Made by a program: the position numbers and the translations under genes. Below the pieces are notes generated by a model. It was not told the DNA's origin, searched no databases, and saw only the letters and a list, made by a program, of their open reading frames with translations. Below are positions 51,439-62,759 of a stretch of DNA of 64,000 bases, piece after piece (position 1 is the stretch's first letter; the number at the start of each line of letters is the position of its first letter). The stretch covers positions 124,001-188,000 of the forward strand of contig NIVC01000169.1 in the NCBI GenBank assembly GCA_002269645.1, given 5' to 3'. Source of the stretch: Macrostomum lignano (lineage: Eukaryota).

Positions 51439-54400
51439 TCAAAGGCGCGTGTCAAAGTCAGCTTCGTTGACGACAACTGGTTGCACCCGGTGCCCACCTG
51501 TCGGGCGAATATTTCTGAGCAGCAGAACCAGCGGGTGGATCAGGGACACGCAGGTGAGGCCGGCGAGGATGTAGTTAATCTGCAGAGGGGTCAAAGGATG
51601 CAGCTAGTGTGTGGCAGTGCATATCTAGCTCAAGGACCACTAGGAACACTTCGTTCTAGTCTAGTAGCCCTTGATCCAGCTAAAGGTGCTTTCCTATAAG
51701 TGGAAAAAAGTACACATAGCACTGATGTTAAAGTCTACATGTAATCAATGAAGCTTTATGTATTGCCTAAATATTATTTGTTATTAACCTAGTTGCTATA
51801 GTCAGTACAAATTTTCGAATATTTTCCATCTCACCGTGTCCGGAGTTCGCGAGTCCTGCATCCAGCTGGTGAGCGGCACAGTCAGAAACATGAATGGCGC
51901 AGCGCAGCAGAGGACTCCAGTGTACACGATGCCAAAGTTCTCCAGCTTGAAGCTGCGGGATCGATTTTAGGATCGCGTGGCTGTTCGAGTGAAGCAGCTA
52001 TCCCAGACTCCAAACTCCAAACGACCCGAACTCACACAGAGATGCAATAGTTGCTCAGTGTGGAGAACAGAAAGGCCCTGAACACTGCTGTCACAACAAA
52101 AGCTGGAATGAGGATGTCTGTGCAGTTCGGCAGCATCATCAAGCAGCTGATCAGTCCGATCAGACCCGCCAGAGTCAGCGTGGTCACCGTGTTGAGCTTG
52201 TAGGTCCGGTAAGTGTTTTGGCGTACTAGACTCGAATATGGAGAGGATTATAAAACGAAGCTAACGTGATTGCTTTTTCTATTGCTTCTCAATCAATAAT
52301 TATTTCAATCACGAGCTAGAAATGCATGCATAACTCAACATGCTTATTTAGGAGTATACCTGCACCACTCTTTCATGCTTTCATGCAAATATGGCAAAGA
52401 AAAATATTTAGCAAAAGCATGCATTCAACCATCAAATGTAGTCTTTGTATCCTCACGTGTCGGTACGAGCCGCTTCTGCAGGTCCAGCAGCAGGCCGGGA
52501 AGCAGCGAGATCAACGGATTAGCAAGAAAGAAATAGCCGAACACAACAGCGTACTGCTCCACCAGATCCTGGTTCCCATCCGTGATCAAGTCCACGTAGG
52601 CGTTTAACGAGCCGAAGAAATAGTTGAGCCGGAGATTGTTGCAGATCATCCACAGGACCATGAGGAAGAAGTCTGTTGTCAGTAGAAACTGCAGGCCCGA
52701 ACAGAAGGGCTGTGGTTTCTGTGAATGACATAGATGAGTCTTAAGATGAATGTAGGCTTAGTACTTGCTTCAGTGCCAGTAAAATCATAAGAAAGTCCCA
52801 ACCTCGCTGGAATCCGATTCCCCATCTGATTCCGTTGTCTTCTGCCCTTGCTGCTGGGCCTCCTTCTTCGACTTGCGGCCGCGCAGCGAAGCCAAGCTGA
52901 TATGCTGAGGCGCCGGGCCCGAGTCCACCTGGAGCCGGTTGTACTTTCCCGGGTAGAGGGCGACAGTCAGGCCGATTGTGAGCACGCCGAGGCCTGTGTA
53001 CACTCCAAATGCGATGAAGCCGTTGACGTTGCTGCGAGATATTTGCTGAATGAAAGGTTAAAATTAATATTTTCAGGTGTAAGTAGTTATTTGTGTATAC
53101 ATTCTCGCAGACACGCCACTCGGCTACTGCAAAAGGAATAACAGAAATTTGTCTGTAAAAGCCTTTGACATAATGCAAATAAAATGTTGGAGGAAAATGG
53201 CGATTATAAAACTTTCATCATCCACACTAGAAATGGCTAGGACCGCGTGAGGCTGAGTTTCACTGATGATGACGCAACAAAACCATCCAGTAGTTGGGAG
53301 ACCATGCTTCCTGGGAAATATCCCGCCTGCGGCACTAAATTGCAAACCTTTTGTGTTGCTAACCTTTCAGACCGTCAAGATATTCAACGATTCTGCAGAA
53401 GGTCGGGTTTTTCTATAAGCGCCAATCAGCACTGCGCCTTTCCAAATCTTCAAATATCAGCACGTCGACAACATGTGTGCGCATCCTCTCTCTGACTTTG
53501 GTGGCTACTGTCCTTCATTCAGCCAGGTGGAATTTCTAGACCTTTAACAGGTGACTATAACAACATGTTGCGAATCTTTTTAAGTTCACGGATGGAGCCT
53601 GGACAGTGGGCAAGCCTTATCTGCTGGACATCCTCATTTAGCCTCTCAAGCATTCAGTCGTCATCCTGACGCCGTCAGCATTTCCAACGTGCTAGATAAG
53701 TCCCTCTGTCAAGTAGGGCAAACTGCTCACCACAAGCACCGATGGCACCATTGTGCATGCGCCGAACAGGCCGCTAATCATTGCAGCAACCACGAATGGA
53801 AATTTCACCATGGTTGACAGCTGCAGGTTAGACATGACCACCTGGATGCCGGAGAGGCCCAGTATCAATGTGCCAGGAAATATCAGCCAGTCAGCGCCTG
53901 CGGTGCAGTTGGTAGAATAAAGCAATTGGGAAGAAGTTTTATTTAATACCAATGAAGCAAGCCAAAACCAGCACTCGTCACTGTCACTTGTCACTTGTCA
54001 CTTGTCACTGTCACTGTCACTTGTCACTTGTCACTATCCCTGTCACTTGTCACTTGTCACTTGTCACTTGTCACTGTCACTGTCACTTGTCACTTGTCAC
54101 TATCACTGTCACTTGTCACTTGTCACTTGTCACTTGTCACTTGTCACTGTCACTTGTCACTTGTCACTGTCACTGTCACTTGTCACTTGTCACTTGTCAC
54201 TTGTCACTTGTCACTTGTCACTTGTCACTGTAAAATTTCACACCTCTACAAAATTTTAATTAGCTTCAAAGCTGTGCTTCTAATTAGGTAATATCAGCAC
54301 TCGTTTTAAAGCTGAAAACGTAAATTCAAGTCACAGAGAATGTCAAAGTAATCAAAAGTATTGTTTGGTTTTATAACGTGCAGAATAGTGGGGGAATTTT

Positions 54401-55434
54401 TCATTTACAGCAAAGATCAACGAAACAAAATTGTACTTTTATTAACTATTCGTTGTAGCAGTGCGATATCGCACCTTTAAAGATAAAAGAGTTTTCTGTT
54501 GAGTGCACACGCCAATGGTTAAAATCTGAACAAAATGCTACTCAAACAAATTTAAGGCAGGTTTTCACCATTTTTTGCCTCTCGTCAGTCAGTCATAGAT
54601 CGACCTTAGGCACAGGGTCACAGGTGCGTCCAAAGGTGATAAATAACTTGATTGGAAAGGTGCGTCCACCTCCAATTCACGAGCACAGGTCAAAGCAGGT
54701 ACACACAAGAGAGAAAGGATAGAGAGAGTACGCTCGCAGACAGTTAAAAAACGGTGTTTTCCGACCTCGTTTAAATTGTGAGAATAGTATCAATGGCAGC
54801 TGTTAACAGAAAAAGCAATGGTGTGGTAGGGGACGGATCAAAGATATACATGTACATGTCTTGGACCTACAGGGGTAAATAGAGCCCAAATAATGCAACT
54901 ACATTAAGAAATCCCTTCGGTGTTTACCGAGATACAATCCGTAGAGCCTCAAGAGTTAAATGCTCGGGATTCAGGTACCCAAGACTCCGATGTCGCTACT
55001 CTCCTGGCATCATTCGTGCCTCCCTGCCCTCACGCTGACTCAACTCTCTCACCCGGCTGCACCAGCGTGAAGCAGAGGCTTCCCAGCCCGAACAGCGCCG
55101 CAGCGATGGTCTTCACCACTCGGAAGCCCCAACGGTCCAGGATGAACCCGGATGCGACATTGCCGAACGGTGTCACCACCTGGGTGATGGTGAACGCCAG
55201 AGTGATCTGATCGCGCGCTGCCGAACAGCTAGCGGTGGCGTTGGCGCCAGCTGTGACATTGGATGCGCACAGGTGGCCGTAGACACCGCGGTCATTGAGC
55301 ACGGGAACCAGAGAGACCACGCCATAGAATAGACCGGAGAAGAGCAGAGTCTCCAGCATGGCGAGGCCGATGGTGACGGCGATGCGCAGGTCGGAAGGCG
55401 CTGCCGGAGGCGGCTTCTTCTCGCTGTCAGACAT
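51439..55434 (-). CDS. SLC43A3: SLC43-family MFS transporter (SLC43A3/LAT3-like), 7 coding exons
   Basis: Exons 55053-55434, 53731-53897, 52803-53045, 52457-52709, 52036-52225, 51835-51952 and 51439-51579. All phases close. Motifs: LETLLFSGLFYGVVSLVPVL..GVYGHLC, GFILDRWG, SNLQ, RLNYFFGSLN, FRAFLFS, F..ENFG and IHPL. Confidence 0.88.
53975..54230. repeat. (GTCACTT/GTCACT)n 6-7-bp repeat
   Basis: In SLC43A3 intron 1, near the acceptor. Confidence 0.95.
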
Positions 55435-57886
55435 GGCTGATGTACTTTACTGTTTCTTCAACAGCTGGAGCTCAGTTAATAGGAAAAGGTTTTATTTTAA
55501 GTTGAGCAGCAATAATTTATATTAGCAGCACAGCTCAATGGAGGGGTTGGTTGTCTTGAATAGCCGCGTAGTATTTTATCTGTGTGCGTGCAGTTTGCGG
55601 GGAGGGTAGAGAGGGGAAAACCGCAGCCAGTGAAAACAGGTTACAGATTTGCACTTAACTGCCGACTTTGAAGAGTTCTTTAACTATACCGACTAGTGCT
55701 GGATCAAGCGCACCGAAGTATGAAGGCTATCTGTATTCTCTAATATCCATAGAGATTTTTTAACAGTCATTGTTAAATGAGCACACTCCTAACCAATGTG
55801 TTTATTAATTTTTCCGCGCCAAGATTCTATTGGTCGCAAAGTGCAGTGCCCAATGAGAAATTGAGGTATAGTAGTTCTAGATTTGATACTGCTTTTTTGT
55901 TTTAAATTATTTATATTGCTAAATGTGTTCTGAAAATATCTTTTTAAATTTAAATTTGTTTATATTATACTTACGAACGTACTACTATCTACATACCTAC
56001 AAATGTGTTATAACTGTATTTTATACATTTTATAACAAAAAAGTAATGTGGCTTTATGCGAATTAATTAAGAATCTTGCAAAAACTTTTGAAATTTGAGG
56101 AAAATGCTCAATCTATTGTACTGGCTAGCATTATGCTCATAGAATGAAAAACCAGCAGATGCTACTCTCGTTTTGAGTATTAAGTAGTTAAGACACCTTT
56201 TCCAAGTCTATTTCATGAAAACATCCAAACACGAGTATGACAGCCATCATTGTGAAAATCTCAAAAGTCACCTAATATTTTCGAATCAGAACACAAGTTA
56301 AAGGACACTTCAGCCTATCTCTTCTTGGCCTGCAAAATAAATAAGAATTTTACGAAATGTCTGGTCGATAGTACACATTGTTGACTGATTTCAAATCACA
56401 GAAGTACAGAAGTCTACTTTGAATTTGAGTTTAAAGCCTTAGTTGCCTCACTTTTAGCCATAGACAATCGAGAGTGAAACAAGGGAGGAACTGTCTGAAT
56501 TGAATTTTCGGTGGCTAAATTCGATGTTGGCTAAAATTGAAACTTTAAACGGTGCTCTAAAAATTTAAAGATGTGTATAGGTCGATGCTTGCGAGTTTGT
56601 TAAAAAAGAAACTATTTTTGTTCAATGAGCTGCTACAGGAAATCGCCAAGCAAGCAAAGTTCTGGAAAAATTACTGTCTCTTTAGTGTATTTTTTCTGGG
56701 TCGGACTTTTCTCGACCGAATTTGTCAATGGCGCGCTTCGTGTCTATGGTCCTTGCCGCCCGAAGCCATGATATTTGATACTTAAACCACTTTAAAGCTC
56801 ACTTTCAGGGAGGTTATTGACATAGATTTTATTTTGCGGGATTTAATCGATCACTTTCCCTGACATATTGCAAGGATTATTGTATGTATCTAAATAAACG
56901 AGCTTCTCTCTTCTCTTCCTTCGTGACTTGAGAAATTTCTTAATGAAATTTTGTCTATGGTAGGAATGTGGGGGCTTCGCCTCCACACCCCCATCCCCAA
57001 CTTCAACCATAGACATACAAGTATGGCTCCGGGATTTATCTGAATACATCCCGCAAAATGAAAGTAGTTTAAATAAGATATTCTATGGGTTTGAGGTCGG
57101 TATTTCACATACATGTACGTATTTCCAACTGTAACTCATATTGTTTTATTTGTCCCCCTCCCTGCTGTTATCCATGGCTTAAAGCGGTCTCGCAGACCGA
57201 GTTAAGTAGGGCTCGGCAAAGCCGAGCAGAGGAGGCAAGCCTCGCTCAAGAAAGGGAGCATAAATATACTCGCAGCAGCGTTTTCCTGGCAGTTTAATGA
57301 GGCTATTAAGGGATTGTAAGGGATATCTAAGGGATATCTAATGAGTTTATTAAGGGATTGTCGCACACAGTCTATAGCAATAAGTGAGCCATGGGTCGTT
57401 TGTCATTGTTTAGCAATTTGATGATCATTATTCGTCAAACAGAAAAACCATGCAAAGAATCAGCGGTCGCAGCACGTGACAACGATTGGTCTATTACCGG
57501 CGCTCGCCAGACAATCGTTGTCACGCACTGGCGCTGATTATTTATCCAGTGCATTCCTGCCCGTGGCATACATTGACGATTACATGGCCGAAAAAATCAT
57601 GGGACAACAATATTTTGAGCATTGTTCTCAGCATTGCTTCATTTGGAATTCAAAAGTCCAGAAGGTGAGAGATATTAGGAATTTTGTGCTAAAATCTGTC
57701 ATCAACTTCCTATTTCGCTAAGCATTTTACAGCGAACATCATTGTTAGTTGTTCATGTTCATGAAGATTGCTACAGTAGGGCTCATTTCTTCGACCAAGC
57801 ACATAGAGAATAGGAAAAAAGAACTTGAAGTGTTCAGCCAACAGCCGGTGCAGGAGGTGCCGCTGTTGACGCTGCAGACACCTTAC

Positions 57887-57992
57887 CGGCTGCACCCGGA
57901 CACTGGCCCGCGGTGCGGCCTACATTCGCACCCAGGCCCTGAAACGCGCCCTGTGACGTTGTCTTTGCCTCTCTCTTGACTCGCTTGACTGG
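57887..57992 (-). other. Possible upstream (5'UTR or N-terminal extension) exon of SLC43A3
   Basis: A GC-rich island with a ctttcag acceptor and a strong GCCG|gtaagg donor. Splicing it to the cag|CCATG acceptor at the SLC43A3 start keeps an open frame. Confidence 0.3.
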
Positions 57993-58006
57993 CTGAAAGC
58001 GTATTT

Positions 58007-58053
58007 TGTTGTTTTTGTTGTTGTTGTTATTGTTGTTGCTGTTGTTGTTGTAG

Positions 58054-58084
<31 letters not shown>

Positions 58085-58085
58085 A
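58007..58085. repeat. (GTT)n microsatellite
   Basis: Direct reading. Confidence 0.95.
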
Positions 58086-58708
58086 GCTTTTGTAAGACAA
58101 TATTTTTTGTAATAACGTCTCTGAAAATTCACCGTAATTGTCTTGAATTCCTTGCTTTATTTGTTGATCTTACGTGCAAGGATTAACGAATATCTGGAGC
58201 GTCTGGTGGAATTAATCCACTAAGAACCCAACCAGTACACGAACACCAAGGACCACTGTAGTATAACAGTACCGAAAACTCAAAGATCGTGTAAATTTTT
58301 GAAGGCCAATTTCCCCGAAAAAATGTACACTGCGACAAAAAAGTCAGTGTAATTCTGACATGTCGAATCTGTTCTCTTTTTGAAATCCCAAACACGCCGT
58401 TTAGGCTCTCAATCTTATAAAAACAGGCCGGATCGCTCAACAACGGTTGAGCACTGGGTACAGCTAAATATTTTCGAATCTGCTTTCCGATTTTCTACAG
58501 TGGCGAACTGCGTCAAAAAGCCGCTTTTGTAAAGAAAAAGAAACAAAATGATTTAGTTAAGAAGCTCCCTGTTAATTAAAAAACGGTTTATTTAACTTTT
58601 CATTACTACAAGCGCACATTACTTTGAAATTATTTCAGAACGATAGTGATAGTCTGATTTTAGTCTGGTCAGTTGTGCAACGCTGGACAGGAGCAGAAGC
58701 ATAGCGTT

Positions 58709-58978
58709 CTATTTGCCGAATATTTTGCGGGCGACTCGGCCGTAAAATCCTAAGACATTGCGAAGCTCCCTCTTTAACCTAAAATTCTTTAACCTAAAAC
58801 GGAACTTCTTCTGCAGCTCAGCGGCCCTCTCGTCTGTCATCTCCGGCTCGTCCATGTCGGCCAGAGCCTCCAGCGCCGCCATCGCCTCCGCGTCCTCCTC
58901 CGACATCTCCTGGCTGTTGGGTCTGGCGGCGGCCAGAGCTGCGCACAGCAGGAGCCCGAGAACGAACTGAAACCTCAT
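58709..58978 (-). CDS. Secreted peptide precursor: signal peptide, acidic propiece and cationic amidated C-terminal peptide (candidate antimicrobial peptide)
   Basis: Single-exon 89-aa ORF MRFQFVLGLLLCAALAAA|RPNSQEMSEEDAEAMAALEALADMDEPEMTDERAAELQKK|FRFRLKNFRLKRELRNVLGFYGRVARKIF-GK*. The prepro region has GC-rich coding-like codon usage, and a TATA-like CATAAATA lies about 95 nt upstream. Confidence 0.75.
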   Translation of the reverse strand: MRFQFVLGLLLCAALAAARPNSQEMSEEDAEAMAALEALADMDEPEMTDERAAELQKKFRFRLKNFRLKRELRNVLGFYGRVARKIFGK

Positions 58979-59069
58979 GCTTGCTGGGTTGATTTGTGTA
59001 GCCTGATGAAGCTGAGAGAATGCTATTTAGCTTAGGCTTGGTTGATCATTTCGGCTCGGAGAGGCCCTG

Positions 59070-59077
59070 TATTTATG
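59070..59077 (-). promoter_or_regulatory. TATA-like box upstream of the peptide precursor
   Basis: GCATAAATACAGG on minus, about 95 nt before the ATG. Position and sequence only. Confidence 0.3.
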
Positions 59078-59589
59078 CTGCAAAAATTGGCACGTTTTTC
59101 CGGTCATTGGAATTAGGAGGTGGCAGGACCTCTTTTCACGTGTTTCAGAGTGTTTAGAGTTCGCCAATTGAACCCATAGCAAACTGCTTTGTTCCCGAGA
59201 CAACATTTCGAGACATTGAACTTGAATTACAATTTGTACTTTCAGCCTATCATTATGTTGCAGCAGGGTTGTCTAAAATGCGAGCTTAATTAAAACGCAA
59301 AATTGAGTGCAGAGCACTTGAGATGGGCTCGAGAGCACAAAGCGCGACAAGGGCAAATGCATCTGAGAGAGAATCTCAGGCAATTTCTCTTTCTCTCTCT
59401 CTTTCAGATGCATTTATGGCAGGCCACTAGGATTGGATTCATTATTCCAAGGGCATTTGTGTAGCCTATAATTTTTATTAACAACCTGCGTTTATCTGCA
59501 TGTGTGTTAAAAATCTATTGCTTCCAATTGACGGGGACTCTAAAGTTTCACTACAATATTCCTAGTAGCTTCGTGTCTTTTTCATCTCC

Positions 59590-61790
59590 AGTCTCCGGTC
59601 TCTGTTATCTAGTCTCCTGTCTCGGTTATCTAGTCTCCTGTGTCGATTATCTAGTCTCCTGTCTCTGATATCCAGTCTCTTGTCTCTGATATCCAGTCTC
59701 CTGTCTCTGATATCTAGTCTCCTGTCTCTGATATCTGGTCTCCTGTCTCTGATATCCAGTCTCCTGTCTCTGATATCCAGTCTCCTGTCTCGGTTATCTA
59801 GTCTTCCAAGTCCTGTCTCATGTCTCGTATATTCAATCTCCTGTCTCTGCTTTCTAGCCTCCTGTCTCTTATATCCAGTCTCCTGTCTCTGATATCCAGT
59901 CTCCTGTCTCGGTTATCTAGTCTTTCAAGTCCTGTCTGATGTCTGTGTTATCTAGTCTCTTGTCTTTGTTATCTAGTCTCCTGTCTCTGTTATTCAGTCT
60001 CCTGTCTCTGATATCTAGTCTCCTGTCTTGGATATCCAGCCCCTTGTCTCTGATATCTAGTCTCCTTTCTCTGATATCCAGTCTCCTGTCTCGGTTATCT
60101 AGTCTTTTAAGTCCTGTCTGATGTCTGTGTTATCTAGTCTCCTTTCTCTGATATCCAGTCTCCTGTCTCTGTTATCTAGTGTCCTGTCTCTGATATCCAG
60201 TCTCCTGTCTCGGTTATCTAGTCTTTCAAGTCCTGTCTGATGTCTGTGTTATCTAGTCTCATGTCTCTGAAATCTAGTCTCTTGTCTCTGATATCTAGTC
60301 TCTTGTCTCTGATATCTAGTCTCATGTCTCTGATATCTAGTCTCTTGTCTCTGATATCTAGTCTCTTGTCTCTGATATCTAGTCTCTTGTCTCTGATATC
60401 TAGTCTCATGTCTCTGATATCTAGTCTCTTGTCTCTGATATCTAGTCTCTTGTCTCTGATATCTAGTCTCTTGTCTCTGATATCTAGTCTCTTGTCTCTG
60501 ATATCTAGTCTCTTTTCTCTGATATCCAGTCTCCTGTCTCTGATATCCAGTCTCCTGTCTCGGTTATCTAGTCTTTCAAGTCCTGTCTGATGTCTGTGTT
60601 ATCTAGTCTCTTGTCTCTGTTATCTAGTCTCCTGTCTCTGTTATTCAGTCTCCTGTCTCTGATATCTAGTCTCCTGTCTTGGATATCCAGCCCCTTGTCT
60701 CTGATATCTAGTCTCCTTTCTCTGATATCCAGTCTCCTGTCTCGGTTATCTAGTCTTTCAAATCCTGTCTGATGTCTGTGTTATCTAGTCTCCTGTCTCT
60801 GTTATCTAGTCTCCTGTCTCTGGTATTCAGTCTCCTGTCTCTGATATCTAGTCTCCTGTCTTGGATATCCAGCCCCTTGTCTCTGATATCTAGTCTCCTT
60901 TCTCTGATTTCCAGTCTCCTGTCTCGGTTATCTAGTCTTTTAAGTCCTGTCTGATGTCTGTGTTATCTAGTCTCCTTTCTCTGATATCCAGTCTCCTGTC
61001 TCTGTTATCTAGTGTCCTGTCTCTGATATCCAGTCTCCTGTCTCGGTTATCTAGTCTTTCAAGTCCTGTCTGATGTCTGTGTTATCTAGTCTCATGTCTC
61101 TGAAATCTAGTCTCTTGTCTCTGATATCTAGTCTCTTGTCTCTGATATCTAGTCTCATGTCTCTGATATCTAGTCTCTTGTCTCTGATATCTAGTCTCTT
61201 GTCTCTGATATCTAGTCTCTTGTCTCTGATATCTAGTCTCTTGTCTCTGATATCTAGTCTCCTTTCTCTGATATCCAGTCTCCTGTCTCTGTTATCTAGT
61301 CTCCTGTCTCTGGTATTCAGTCTCCTGTCTCTGATATCCAGTCTCCTGTCTCTGATATCTAGTCTCCTGTCTTGGATATCCAGCCCCTTGTCTCTGATAT
61401 CTAGTCTCCTTTCTCTGATATCCAGTCTCCTGTCTCTGTTATCTAGTGTCCTGTCTCTGATATCCAGTCTCCTGTCTCGGTTATCTAGTCTTTCAAGTCC
61501 TGTCTGATGTCTGTGTTATCTAGTCTCATGTCTCTGAAATCTAGTCTCTTGTCTCTGATATCTAGTCTCATGTCTATGAAATCTAGTCTCTTGTCTCTGA
61601 TATCTAGTCTCTTGTCTCTGATATCTAGTCTCATGTCTCTGATATCTAGTCTCTTGTCTCTGATATCTAGTCTCTTGTCTCTGATATCTAGTCTCTTGTC
61701 TCTGATATCCAGTCTCTTGTCTCTGATATCCAGTCTCCTGTCTCTGATATCCAGTCTCCTGTCTCTGATATCCAGTCTCCCATCCCAAGT
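59590..61790. repeat. 21-bp satellite (CTGATATCTAGTCTC(T/C)TGTCT) with higher-order structure
   Basis: The marker GTCCTGTCTGATGTCTGTG recurs at spacings of 182, 119, 350, 182, 182, 119 and 434 bp, all n x 21 + 14. Confidence 0.92.
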
Positions 61791-62759
61791 TTTCCTGACT
61801 CTTAAATGCAGTCTTCTGTATCTAGTATGTTTCCTATCTCTAAACTGTGATGAAAAAAATTACATGCGATTTAAAGACATAATTATAGTTGTACTACTAG
61901 TCTTTAATAGTGTAAATTTTACTCCTAGCAGGCATATTTGAATTCATTTTCGAATTAAAGCAGCACAGTGGTTTTGTGCAGCCAAAATGTTGCATTAAAA
62001 TAATTTTTGGAGCAGTTCGTACAAGCGCGTTTAGCATTGAACCTGAAAGCTCCTCACAATTGTAGCTCTCCTTTGCAGTTCGCAACAGAATTTGTTTTCA
62101 AACCCACGAAAAGCTGCTGCCTCTCGCCAGATGCTTAATTGTCAAAAAAGCAATGAAAAATCTGCCACGTAGGTTCATGGCTCATCAATTGAAAACTACC
62201 CAAGCTGCGTTCCGAACACCGGCACGAAGCTTCCCTACTGGAACTGCGATTACTTAACGAACTTACCGTTTTACATCCCTCGAGAGCGGATTCAGCGCTT
62301 TCTTTAACAGATACGGCAGGTGAGGACAGGGCGTACTCTGTCCTCAATCTGTTTGTCTGCTGACTCTGGCGCCCCGGATTCGGTCGGCAACGCGGCCCCG
62401 TGTTCACACCCGAAACCGTACAGGTGCGCGCACGTGACGCCACTGCAGTTTTTACAATCTTAACTGACATTGCTGTTAATAATACGAGCTAGCACGAAAC
62501 TTCATAGGTTTCGCAAAGGGGATGTGAACTTCAGAGTCTAAATAGAGCCTGAAGCATTGGGCCCGATTTCTCTACGCTAATCCCTTCATTCGGAGCCAAA
62601 TAGCTCCCGTTTTGCCAAAAACCCGACCACTTTAGCATTTGGGGGATCTCTATGGGGAGAAATGGGATAAATGGGGATTTCATGTGATGGAGATCTACCT
62701 GTGTTATTTTGATTTTAATATATTTCGATTGTTGCGCTCAGGAAGGCTTAGACTTCAGT

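Noticed and set aside
53262-53290. CTGATGA hammerhead-ribozyme core words (also at 27282, 30855 and about 59003)
   Set aside because: No stem II followed by GAAA, and no stems I or III could be formed.
59680-61941. SLLSLIS heptad ORFs resembling leucine zippers or LRRs, and EGADQIV heptads at 22970-23314
   Set aside because: 21-bp satellite units give heptads automatically. There is no unique coding flank.
62135-62470. 111-aa minus-strand ORF with an internal gtaagt donor, and an LTCRIC RING-like word in another frame
   Set aside because: No recognisable domain, a stop follows the CxxC, and no partner exon was found. It is not supportable without homology or RNA data.
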